64,000 nucleotides of DNA from Macrostomum lignano (Eukaryota): assembly GCA_002269645.1 (NCBI GenBank), contig NIVC01000669.1, forward strand, positions 62,001-126,000. Direction: 5' to 3'. Positions 40,101 through 51,878 of this stretch are shown here, piece after piece. A program made the position numbers and the translations under genes. Below the pieces are notes generated by a model. That model ran no database searches. It was given only the letters and a program-made list of their open reading frames with translations, and was not told the DNA's origin. Position 1 is the stretch's first letter. Each line of letters starts with the position of its first letter.

Positions 40101-41956
40101 ATTCACTACCCAGGATTCATCAAGATTAACCCTCGATCGGTGACTATCTTGCATAGGTAGCGTCAATTACAACCAACTGTGCCGCTGTGAACAGCTACCG
40201 TAAGTATGAACAAAACCGCATGCATGCGTCTTGCGAACTGGCTTACTAAACCTAGTTACAGAACCATAGAAGGCAGATTACAGTAATCTACCGGTATATC
40301 ACAAAATACTGAGTGCTATCTATAATGCCCTAATATGACTTGAAAGGCTGACCTACCTACACCTTGATGTTAGGCAAAGCTTTCCTACTTCTTATCTTTT
40401 ATGCATAAAGCGCTTAGTTTATTGCTTTGGCATGACTCCGACCAGCTGTAACTGACTCAGTCGCTTTAATCGTGTTTACAGATAGCTGATTAAAACTAAA
40501 AATAACAGTGTTCACAATTGGCTAGTGGAGTAAGTAATAGTAATAATACTATCAATATTTGTTATTCTTATTTTTGAAGGCACCTGCCTAAATGGGCAGA
40601 TGTACAACCGACAGCTCAGCCGCAGCTATTGCGCGGCGCATCTGAAGGCTGCGTACGGCTGTTCAGTTCAAGGACTGGGGGGTCGCCACACACACCCTCA
40701 GTTACCCCAGTTAATGCTGGCACCCATTTTACAGCTGGGTGAACTGAAGCAATGCAGAGTTAAATGTCTTGCTCAAGGACACAAATTGTTTCGACGTGGG
40801 TCAAGAATCGAACCCACGACCTTTCAGTCGGAGTCCGACGCTCTGACCACTAGGCTACAACCCCTACTGGTGGACTGGTGGTTACAACCACTTGTACACT
40901 AGAATGCTACCCCTAGTATAGTAAGCTAGCAATAGAACTGATGACCATGCTAAGCATTAACTATAACCAGGACAATAAAAGAAGAAACAGACAAAGCAAT
41001 CTACTCACAGAGGCAGGCCCATTTGTACACCTGCACTGGTCATGGCGTCGATGGCCTCAAAGATGAACGCTGGACCGGACCCGCTCAGACCTGTAGCAGC
41101 GTCCATCAGGTTCTCAGGCAGGTAGTCGCAGGTGCCAACAGATTTGAACAGCGCCTCAATCAGCGGCCCGTCCTCCGGCTTCGCTGCCTTACCAACGCAA
41201 TAAACGGAAGCACCAGCGTTAGCCAGAATCGGCGTGTTCGGCATCAGCCGGATCACCCGGCTGTCTGGCAGCAGACGGCTCTGCAGGTGGTCCAGGGTGA
41301 CGCCTGCGGCCACGGACACCACCAGCTTGGAGGGGTCGGTCAGGTCTGACAGCTCAGCTAGCACTGTGTCCATCACCTGCGGCTTTACCGACAGCACAAG
41401 AATGTCGCTGTGCTCCACGACCTCGCGGTTGTCGTGCGTCACGTTGATGCGGAGCTCCTACAGGCGACGAGTCAGTTTAACAAATCATAAAACTGCGGAA
41501 CTTAACATTGAACAAAAACTTGGTGTTGACGATTATGTGAATGATAATTGAGGTTAAACATATACTCATATGTATGTGAAATTTGTATTGAAATTCAGCG
41601 TTTTTTTAATTGAATCATTGAATTTATTGGTAGTCTTGAAAAGCTGTGGAAATCTATTAGCCCGTACTACACACTCAACACTAATTTACCATTGAAAATA
41701 GAGCAAAACCTTAAACTTACTGTAGAAATCCTCTCCAGAGTTTTCTCTGCACGGTCGCTGGCCCAGATATTTCTTGACTTAATGATGCCTGGCAGAAATT
41801 GGCAATTAAATTGGTTGGGATTAGCTCAAAGCTATTGAAAAATGTTTTGCAAGTTAGGAATATCAATAAATATGAACTCCTTAATTTACCTCGACTAGTG
41901 AAGCCCTTGGCGATGGCTTGAGCCATACGTCCAGCACCAACAAAACCGATGCGCAT
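28151..41956 (-). CDS. PYCR: Pyrroline-5-carboxylate reductase, copy C, 286 aa, intact frame, 12.6-kb intron 3
   Basis: Exons 41956-41890, 41788-41721, 41457-41009 and 28427-28151 with GT-AG sites; same phases and internal exon lengths (68, 449) as copy B. Confidence 0.85.
28953..39920. repeat. 11-kb satellite of 16-bp (AGAGATGTAAAGTGTC) and 14-bp (AGAGATGTAGTGTC) units with a ~2.3-kb higher-order repeat
   Basis: Rare variant markers recur at 2316-bp spacing (e.g. 30399/32715, 31201/33517, 30571/32887). Confidence 0.97.
40565..40864 (-). mobile_element. tRNA-derived SINE, family 2, with complete head (PYCR-C intron 3)
   Basis: Minus strand reads GGGGTTGTAGCCTAGTGGTCAGAGCG...GGGTTCGATTC (A and B boxes) followed by the same body as 17702-17960. 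Confidence 0.8.
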
Positions 41957-42874
41957 TTTGTTCAATTCAGTGACAGATACTTTTTATCATAAAATAGTTA
42001 TAAAGCTGAAAAGCTCTGAAAAAATGAGAAACATTAACAGTTCGATGATTGATTCAATTGAATGATTGACAATGATTCTCTTTAATGACAAATTTATTTC
42101 AAGGTATTTTAATCATGTTGGAATGTTGTTATAATAATAACTACTGTGTGTAGTTGCCTGCTATAATGTACAAGAAAGAAGGTAGAACAAATGAAAGTGT
42201 ATGTGCCTTGAAGATAAAATAAAAGCACAAATTTAATCAAATTGAGAAAAGTAAAACCCTAGAGTTTTTCTGTTGCTATGGATATGGCAATGGAAAGTTA
42301 TAGATATGGTGGCTTATGCTTATAGACATAATGTACAGATAGGGATGTGTTAATGGGAACACATTTTCCATATTTAGTTCCCATTTTTAGGCCACTCAAT
42401 AACTTAGATGTGAGACTTGAAAGACCATTGGAACAATTGAATTGATATATGGAAATAGAGCAGTAGAAAGTATTAGAAATTAATGAATGTTGCCACTTTC
42501 AAAGATTTTTTATGCTAAATGCCCATTGTGTAATAGGGATAGTAGGGGCTAATGACAAGATAAATGTTTTCACTTTCAATGTGGGTGAGACTCTTAAGCT
42601 CCTAGGGTAGAAGCAAACAAAAAAAAGATTTTTGCTACAATACAATATGCATATTGTAGTTGGGATAATAAGGCTTAAATTATGAAACAAAGCCAATGAA
42701 GAAGCCATCTGGCATTTGCCACCATCAAAAAAGTCTAGATGGAAAACAAGTCAAGAGGCTTCTATTGCTTAATCTTTTTCAGAAACGACTGATAAGTAGG
42801 ATATAACTCTTAATAAGATCTCAGTAAGAATTGGAAATTCCATTACTTGAGCTACTTAACATTATAATTATAAG

Positions 42875-43378
42875 AGAGGAGAAGGAGAGAAGAAAATGAG
42901 AAAGAGGAAAAGAAAGAGGAAAAGAAGAAAAGAAAGAAAAAAAGGAGAGAGACAAAAGAAGAGATGCAAAAGAAAGAGAAAGAGAGAAAAGAAGAGAGGA
43001 AAGAAGAGAGGAAAAAGGGAAAAGAAGGGTAGATAGTCAAAAGAGAAGGGGAAAGAGGAAAGAAGGGAAAGAAGAAAGAGGGAAAAGGAAAGAGGGAAAA
43101 GAGGAGAAAGGGGAAAAGGAGAAAGGGGTAAAAGATAGGGGAAAGGAAAAAGGGGAAAGGAGAAAGGGAAAAAGGAGAAAGGGGAAAGGAGAAAGGGGAA
43201 AGGAGAAAGGGGAAAGGAGAAATGGGAAAGGAGAAAGGGGAAAGGAGAAAGGGAAAAAAGAAGAGAATGGAGAAAAAGAGGAAAAGAGAAAGAGAAAGGG
43301 AAAAGGAGGGGAGAAAAGAAGGGAGATAAAAGAAAGTGAGCTAAAAAGAAAGAGGAGAAAGGAAAAAATAGTAAAAAG
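42875..43378. repeat. Purine-rich low-complexity tract (GGAGAAAGGGGAAA-like units)
   Basis: Direct inspection. Confidence 0.9.
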
Positions 43379-43933
43379 GCATTTGGTGCCACACATATAC
43401 ACTTTTTGTAGCTATATTCTTGGAGCTATGCTAGCAATAAGAGACCCTATGCCCTATCTATAACAATCTTGCCAAGTATTACTAGTTAATAGCATTTGCA
43501 AGAAAGCTATTGCTGTTATTCCTTATTTCTTGCAAGAAAATAAAGGAAAAAATACAAAAGAAGTTATAGAAAATTTACTAGCTAAGCTTATAGGAAAATT
43601 TTTCATTATAAGAGAACTCTAAAGATTTTTTTACTAGCATATATATATATTATAATTGAGATACTCATAGTAGACTAATTTAAGATAATATACAATCTTT
43701 ATAATAATTATTTCAGATACTATTAATAAGTAATTGGTTAAACTAAGGCCTGACTATTAAGCCTTACTATTAACTTTATCAATATATTATAAGCTGGGTT
43801 TATTTTTTGTGCAATAGAGATGCTATACTATCTTGACTAACAAAATTGCATCTTCAAATTAGACCTTAGATGCAACTTTGTATCTTAGCACTAGCTGCAA
43901 AAAACCTAGGCTAAGTTTTTCATGCAATATAGA

Positions 43934-44105
43934 CATACATGCGCTACCTTGGGAATCACCCGGCCGTTTCTATTGGCAACACACACATGTAAGTCGCTAT
44001 TGGCTGAGAGCAGTCACGTGACTACTATTCTGTCCAATAGCGACACACATGTGTGTGTTGCCAATAGAAACGGCCGAGTGAATCCCAAGGTTGCACCCAA
44101 GCATG
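43934..44105 (+). mobile_element. 172-bp palindromic MITE, hAT-type 8-bp TSD, copy 1
   Basis: Nearly fully self-complementary around AGTCACGTGACT; TSD AATATAGA at 43926-43933 / 44106-44113. Confidence 0.85.
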
Positions 44106-47001
44106 AATATAGATAGATATTATATAATATTTTGACTATTTAAATTATATCCTAAAATTGGACCTTGGATGCAATATTGGATCTTGATATCCACAAAACC
44201 TAGATTATAAGCTCAATAAAAAATGGAAAAACTATTGTTATTAGATTTAATATCATTAAAAGTTCCAGTAGGGTTGCTAGCTTGACAACAATTAAATAGA
44301 GAAAACTCAAAATCAACATTTTAGTTTCTTAGACTTTTGCCTAAAAAAGAGGCCTAGTATATCCTAGTATATCTATATAAAATGACTTAGCTAGTCTAGT
44401 CTATAGAAATGAATATAGATATAAGAAAATTATAGTTAAAGTAGAGGTTTTTGTATGCAGAGTGTACATATGCATCCTAAATTTTGAAATTATACCTTGA
44501 AATTAAAAAAGTAAATATGGTTTAAGTCTAGTCTCATAACTTATTTTTCTTTTCAAGCTTTATTTGTACTGCTTTAAATAAGAAAAAAAGAGAAATTATA
44601 CTCTTAGCCTAAAAATCCCACTTTGGCTAATTTGTTACTACTTAACAAAAACTATATTAACACTTAGGCTAGTTATACTATAAGGGGCTTAACTAGACCT
44701 AAAAAAACAAATATAGGCCTATATATTTTTAAATATCCAAATTTGGTTTAAAATCTCAAATAAATATATTAATACTATTATAGGCATAGCCATAGGCATA
44801 ATGTTTATAAGTCATTTTCTTAAAACAAATAAGCTATGGTTAGGTAGGCAAGGCTATGGCTTGACTAGGATATAGTTGAAATTGCCATTTGATGATGAAA
44901 ACTTGGCTAATCCATAAGACTAACATTTAAATATAACAAATTTAAAAAAAATTCTTCAAAATGCAATAGCTAGGCCTAAGCCAAAGAATAATATCTTTAC
45001 TAAAGTTTAAAAATATATATTTCTAATTATAGAGTTATCAAACCATTTGTAACAATGATGATTTATTAAATGTAGCATTGTCTAATGCTGAGGCAATGAG
45101 GATTTAGACAATTTAGTTGTTTTACTTGTAAACTTGCATATGACAATCTTGAATATGACTTTGGCTAGAGCCCTTGGGGGTCTTAGCCATGGTATTAGTA
45201 TAATTGCTTAATTTATTGGCTGATATACATGTATAAGGGCAAGTGCCAGGCTTGCTTTACACAATTGTAATTTACTACTATAAATATAAATAGTTTTTTG
45301 TCCAGATAAATTGGCTAAAATATTAATTAATTAAGGTCAAAAAGCAAGTTACAACTTACAATTATTAGTTCTAGCCCTAGCCTAGGTCAAAAGCACATAA
45401 GTTACTCACATGACTCACATACAGAGTTGTGTAGGTCTTATGCTTGCTTAATGCTAAATATTGAATATAATAGGCATATAGGCCTAGTATATATAGGTCA
45501 TATCATAGGATAGGCGCCATATGTGAATTAAATTTGGCCAATGGCAATAGGCCTAAGTCTAAAAGGGCTTAAGAGCACACAATTTCTCAAACGGACGGAA
45601 CATTTCTGAGTGGAAAATTTCATACGCAGATCGCACGTATATGACTAGGCCTAACGTAAATTGTAAAGGTTAGATTAAGGGTCATACTCATTATAAAATT
45701 TAGATAACCCGTGCCGTCGAACTACGCGAGCTGCACCTGCAACGGAAAATTCCAAAGCGCTGATTTCAGTCTTACAACGTGCGCAAGAAGCACCTTGAAA
45801 ATACTTTAATTTTCTAGTTGTACAAACACCATGTTAAAAGTTAAATAAATAAGGTGGCCCAAATGTTTCAAAAGTGACAAATAAAAAAATTAATTTATTG
45901 AATCATTGGTTCATTTTCACTTTGCTAATTAGGCTTATTGAATAACTTATATTTGATGCCGATTATTGCGTAAAATATTAAACTTTTGACTTTTTCGTAA
46001 GTTTTTAGTTGTCAAAAACTGTAGGCATATATCAATTAGTCTGCACCGTAGATATAAAAAGAATTGAAGCACTTGTTTTAAAATATTTTCTATGAAATCT
46101 ATTTTCGCGTAAGTTTAATATTTGCGTAGGCCTAACTCGGGCCCGCCTATAATTTTTGCAGTGAGGGACTGATTGATTGTATCACTGTACTGTATGATAG
46201 TAGACACTGTGGTATTAGTGGCTCAGTCACATGCACATTTGACTTTTTAATTTTATAGAACATTTTTTGAAAACTTTTTTATCTGGGTGTGTTATTTGCA
46301 AGCTTTAGCGATGACCTGTGTCCTAGATCACTGTATAAATAACAGCTAACAGGATGTAAAACTCATAACATAAGTGGATAAGTGTGATCTGTGTATGATC
46401 TGTGTAGTGATACTGATAGGCCTAGTGTAGGCCTATGTATATGTATTAATGTAAGAACTAATATGCAGGCCAATGAATATTCAGATGTATCATTTGCATA
46501 ACAATTATACTTCATTTAAGAATCAAGATGACAAGAACAAACCTAACAAATTTACAAAAAGTTAGACTAATGCCATTTGTGTATTTTCAACTTTTTTTGG
46601 TCTTGTTAAACAATAAAAAAATAACTAGAAAATGAAATTTCATGGCACAACTTTATAAAAATAAGTTATCTATAACAAATCAATATGTTGTATATGCTAA
46701 ACTTAAAGAATAATAATTTAATAAATAATTAATAGTAGGCCTAATTAATTATGCGTGCAGCTACCCTAATGGGTAGATATAAGATATGCAACTAATAGCT
46801 CAGTATTAATGAAAAGTAATCTTTGTTCTTTATTGCCTTAGAGCTAAGCTAGATCAAATAATCATTGATTATAAACTACAAAAATACTTTTCTTATTTTT
46901 TATTAATTTTTTTCCAAGAAATTTGTTTCCAAAATTATATGATCTTTGAGTTTTATATTCTATTATTAATAGTGGTACTTGATTTTAAGTTCTTATATAT
47001 T

Positions 47002-47173
47002 CATGCTTGGGCGCAACCTTGGGATTCACTCGGCCGTTTCTATTGGCAACACACACGTGTAAGTCGCTATTGGACGGAAAAGTAGTCACGTGACTGGTAT
47101 CAGCCAATAGCGACTTACATGTGCGTGTTGCCAATAGAAACGGCCGGGTGATTCCCAAAGTTGCGCATGTATG
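47002..47173 (-). mobile_element. 172-bp palindromic MITE, copy 2 (opposite orientation)
   Basis: Reverse complement of copy 1 with a few substitutions; different TSD TATATATT at 46994-47001 / 47174-47181. Confidence 0.85.
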
Positions 47174-47889
47174 TATATATTCACAATGCTATTATTTTTA
47201 TTATATAAAATATAATAGAATATTTTTTACTTTTTATATTTTAATCAGAATTAAGAGATTAAAGAGATTATTATAGACTATCTTAAATTTTTTAATCTAA
47301 AATTCTAAAAAAAAAAAAAAAAAACAAAAAAAATTCACTGAATCCTCTATATAAATATTGCTTAACTTTTGTCAATCCTGTTCAAGTTTGACCCAAATAA
47401 TCTTCAAATATTTTGATATAATCTTATCACAATTTAGTTAATCCTAAATGGCACAATGTACTGTTAAAGTTAATCTGCTTTTTTAGCAAGACAATAACCC
47501 CAACCTCCATCTGCATCTCTTTCCTTCCTAATCTAGCCTTGGTAAAAATGGATTTTAAAAATTAATAACTTTTATTAGTCAAATGTTAATATAATTAATT
47601 AGTAAATAAGTTAACATTGACTCTATACCTTAATCAAAACAGAAACTATTAAATGTGAAGTTTGCCTTCCAGTATTGATATCTCTCTAAAACAGGGATCA
47701 GTAAACTCTGCCTTGCTAGCCACATGCAGCCAGCAAAGCCTCTTTATCTGGCCCTGGAGTCCTTTGAACCTTCACATTAGCAGGGTTGGTGTCTCTTTAG
47801 CTCTCTCCTCTCTTCTCTCCCCTCCTCTCCCCTTTGCTCCTCTCCCTCATCAATCCAATCTTCTCTCCTATCTTAAGCAATAAAGTAGG

Positions 47890-48506
47890 TATTTTCTGCC
47901 TCAAAGACCAGATAAAAAATCCAGCTCATGGCTTTGAGCCAGATGAGAGTAGAAAGGAGAGGAAATAGAAGATGAAAGATAAAAGAAGATGAAAGATGTG
48001 ATGAGAGAAAGGATAGAAGAGAAAAGAGGGGAGTGAAGAGAGAGGAGAGGAGCAAGATGAGAGAAGAGAGGAAGGGATAGAAAAGGGAAGAGGAGAGGAA
48101 AGAGAAGAGGGGAGAAACAAGAGAGAGTAGATAGAAGAGAGATGAGAGAGCAGAAGAAAGTAGAGAGGAGAGGGGAAAGCAGATAAGTGGAAAAAGAGAA
48201 GAGTTATTAGAGTGAGAAGTGGGAAGAGAAAAGAGAGAAGTTTCAAAGGATAGAGAGAGACAGCCCAGAGTTTACCAACGCATGCTTTAGACAGAATTTG
48301 TCTATCATTCTGTGTGGCACCCCAGCCGACGAGATCAATGCTTGCCTCACACATAACACAAATTAACTTTAACTCTTGTCTACCTCTGTCCTAACTATTA
48401 ACAAGTTTTTGTTTAAATACGGCTTCAGATTCCAGAATGCAGGCAAACATAGTTCCTGCGATTGGAATTCAGTGTGTTTAAAATCCGCGGGTTTCAGCAG
48501 CTTGTA
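47890..48506 (+). repeat. Second, diverged copy of the 3' part of the element at 9180-10686 (shorter purine tract)
   Basis: Shared CCAGATAAA..AATCCAGCTC upstream of the tract and shared TAACTATTAACAAGTTTTTGTTT...AAATCCGCGGGTTTCA.CAGCTTGT downstream. Confidence 0.75.
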
Positions 48507-48703
48507 CATAATATATAAGCACAAGTCCTAGTGCAGATCTTTCAATTTACTGGAGGGAAACTATGCAAATGTGGTTCAGAAAAAATTGTTTTAAGCATAA
48601 TATAACATGATTTCAAATTCACCCAAAGAATTTAAAATTTCATTTCAGTTGCGCACTAATTTCTTGCTGGATTTTTTTTGCTAGCTTCATAAAAATTATT
48701 GAT

Positions 48704-50505
48704 ATGGCAGTGCATTTAGCACTTCGGGTTGCCATGCTATTCCTATTTGGCGTTGGCGTCAGCCTGCTTATCAACCTGATGCAGGCGCAAAAAAATCAGG
48801 TGTTAATCACATCGGAAATGTGGCTTGGTATGGTCAAGTCCGGCATGTGGGTGCCACCTGCCTGCGGCCTTTCTGCAGGTAGGAATCCACTCGTCATTGT
48901 TTATAGTGACCTATCACAATTGGAGCAACAGATCCCGCCCCTCCTTTAAGATTCTTAAAGATTCTAAACTAGCCGTCTACCAACATTCTTAGGCTGTGCC
49001 ACCAACTTTAGAAAGATTTGGCTTTATCAAACCTCCCAGATCGCCAGGTTATGCTTTCAACACTCCCAGATCCCCAGGTTATGCTGTCATCACTCCCAGA
49101 TCGCCAGGTTATGCTTTCAACACTCCCAGATCCCCAGGTTATGCTGTCATCACTCCCAGATCCCCAGGTTATGCTGCCATCACTCCCAGATCCCCAGGTT
49201 ATGCTGTCATCACTCCCAGATCCCCAGGTTATGCTGCCATCACTCCCAGATCCCCAGGTTATGCTGCCATCACTCCCAGATCCCCAGGTTATGTTGTCAT
49301 CACTCCCAGATCCCCAGGTTATGCTTCTATCACTCCCAGATCCCCAGGTTATGCTGTTATCACCTCCAGATCCCCAGGTTATGCTGTTATCACTCCCAGA
49401 TCCCCAGGTTATGCTGTCATCACTCCCAGATCCCCAGGTTATGCTGCCATCACTCCCAGATCCCCAGGTTATGTTGTCATCACTCCCAGATCCCCAGGTT
49501 ATGCTTCTATCACTCCCAGATCCCCAGGTTATGCTGTTATCACTCCCAGATCCCCAGGTTATGCTGTTATCACTCCCAGATCCCCAGGTTATGCTGCCAT
49601 CACTCCCAGATCCCCAGGTTATGCTGTCATCACTCCCAGATCCCCAGGTTATGTTGTCATCACTCCCAGATCTCCAGGTTATGCTGCCATCACTCCCAGA
49701 TCCCCAGGTTATGTTGTCATCACTCCCAGATCCCCAGGTTATGTTGTCATCACTCCCAGATCCCCAGGTTATGCTGTCATCACTCCCAGATCCCCAGGTT
49801 ATGCTGTCATCACTCCCAGATCTCCAAGGTTATGCTGTCATCAGTCCCAGATCCCCAGGTTATGTTGTCATCACTCCCAGATCCCCAGGTTATGTTGTCA
49901 TCACTCCCAGATCCCCAGGTTATGTTGTCATCACTCCCAGATCCCCAGGTTATGCTGTCATCACTCCCAGATCCCCAGGTTATGCCCTGAAACCTGCCTT
50001 ATCCTCGAGCTCAGTATTCCTTATAGGTAAACTCAGCCGCATTCCCTCAATACCCGCCCCAGTGGCAATCGGCCTGCTGTACCCCACCGTGGACCGGCTG
50101 CTCGGCGATCCGACAGTGGCTCAGCGCACCGACTGGAGCTCCGTCATCCGCTGCGCGGCCCTGTTTGTTGGTCTGAACCAGGCGGCCGCCAAGATCGACT
50201 TCATGTCGCACGCTCAGCTCAGCCTGTGTCTGGCCGCTATGAGTCTGGGCCTCTGGTTCTACTTTGACGGCTCCAGATCCGGCCTAGGCCTGGCCCTGGT
50301 CATCGCTCTGCTAGCCGCGGCTGTCAATCAGATGATGATTTGTCTGGATGCCTACCGGCCTAGTGTAGATTTTGTCCGAGTCCGGGCCTGGCTGCCCTGC
50401 ATCTTCTTTAGCGGCTCGGTCACCGTCGGACTGGCTGGACGGCTGCTGGCCGCTCAAGCTAACTCGGCAACATCATCTTCGGCTGCCAAGTCGCACGGGG
50501 ACTAA
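48704..50505 (+). CDS. INSIG: Insulin-induced gene protein (INSIG), 205 aa, 2 exons
   Basis: Exons 48704-48878 and 50063-50505 (GCAG|gtagga ... ccccag|TG, phase 1). WVPPACG, GLLYP.D, WSSVIRC..LFVG.N.A.AKIDF, GLW..FD.SRSGLG and WLPCIFFSG.VTVG match the INSIG family. Confidence 0.93.
49030..49985. repeat. Intronic minisatellite, 30 bp unit (INSIG intron)
   Basis: CACTCCCAGATCCCCAGGTTATGCTGTCAT. Confidence 0.97.
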
Positions 50506-50744
50506 GAAGTGGGGACAGCTTCTTAGAATTGTCCTGTGCCTCTTGCCCGAGTTTGCATTTCTTGAATGTGGTTTCTCTAAGATGTGATTTGCTGGGTAAA
50601 ACAGTTTTTCTACACTAGCTGTATTGCACATGCCAGCTTCAGGCTGGAACATCCGTGCATTCGGCGAGGGGGAGCTAAGAGGGCCAATTGATTTTTGTCA
50701 TAAAATACAACAAATGTCTCGATTAATTGGTTGGTTACACGAGA

Positions 50745-50932
50745 ATTCTGATTGGTTGGTTTCACGACGATTCTGATTGGTTGGTTTCACGACGATTCTG
50801 ATTGGTTGGTTTGACGAAAATTCTGATTGGTTGGTTTCACGACGATTCTGATTGGTTGGTTTCACGACGATTCTGATTGGTTGGTTTCACGAAAATTCTG
50901 ATTGGTTGGTTTCACGACGATTCTGATTGGTT
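50745..50932. repeat. 25-bp tandem repeat, 8 copies, each containing CTGATTGG (CCAATCAG on the minus strand)
   Basis: CTGATTGG at 50748, 50773, 50798, 50823, 50848, 50873, 50898 and 50923. Confidence 0.9.
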
Positions 50933-51878
50933 TGTTTACTGGCCGTGTTTTGGTGGTACAGTTTCTAATTGTTAGGGTGCACGTCTTACCCACGCAAGTG
51001 TTCGATGCAATGTATTAGTATTCTGCAATTTGTGTACTTCATTGTACATTTTTTACGTAAGGAGGTAAAATCTAGAAAGTTCTATCTGAGTAGAACCGGT
51101 GTTTTTTGTTAGACTTGCGCATCTAAAACAATTATTTTTTATCAATAATCACCTTCGTACGTACTTTGCCTTGCTTGTTAAATAAAAATTTTCTATTGTT
51201 AGTAAAAAGTTGATATTTTGTGCTGCTGCGCCCGCCGCTGGCGTTATGCTAATTACTGTGAGATATTTACAGCAATTTTCGATTTAGCTGTTTCTCTTGT
51301 GCTAGCCATTGTTCTTTTATCGAACCAAAAACTGATAGAATTCTTGAGTAAATTTAATTATACGCTGTATTTATAGTCTTTGCATTGGTTCCATAATTAT
51401 TCATATCGTGTTGAGCATAGCGTGTGAAAGTTTTGTTGTCATATAGTTGATTAAACCAACAATTATATAAAGCTTATTCTGTTCTGTATAAAAAGTTTTT
51501 TGTTTTCATTTTAGTTTAATAATTTCAATAGTTTCCGAGAATAAAAATTAGGAGCAGTAGTATGTGAAGACTTAGTAGCTTATTATAAGAAAAATTTTTA
51601 AAGCGCAACAAAAATTCTGTTGAAATGGAGGTCTTAATATACTACTGCTGGCTTGTAAGTAGCTTAGTAGCTTCTACTCATGTAGCCATGACCTTGTGGC
51701 GTCTCCAAAAGCATGACTGAGCACACGTGCTGAAGTTATCGGAGACATGTTATTGCCCTGTCAATGACCAAATAAAATCAATCTTAAACTACGGTAGATA
51801 TTTTGTTGCTGAGTTTAGCATGCTAAGATTTCTTCTAAGCTATTAAAAATAAGTGCCCAATTCTTTGCGCTAATTCAG

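Noticed and set aside
44110-47000. AT-rich 2.9-kb segment between inverted MITE copies as a composite transposon
   Set aside because: Each MITE has its own distinct 8-bp TSD, so they are independent insertions; no shared outer TSD.
48996-50505. Long ORFs (344 aa TPRSPGYAVI repeats; 495 aa running into INSIG exon 2), superficially like an SP-rich or CTD-like protein
   Set aside because: Produced by a stop-free 30-bp intronic minisatellite. The INSIG exon 1 frame stops at 48949 if unspliced, the array has a 1-nt shift near 49825, and canonical splice sites remove it.
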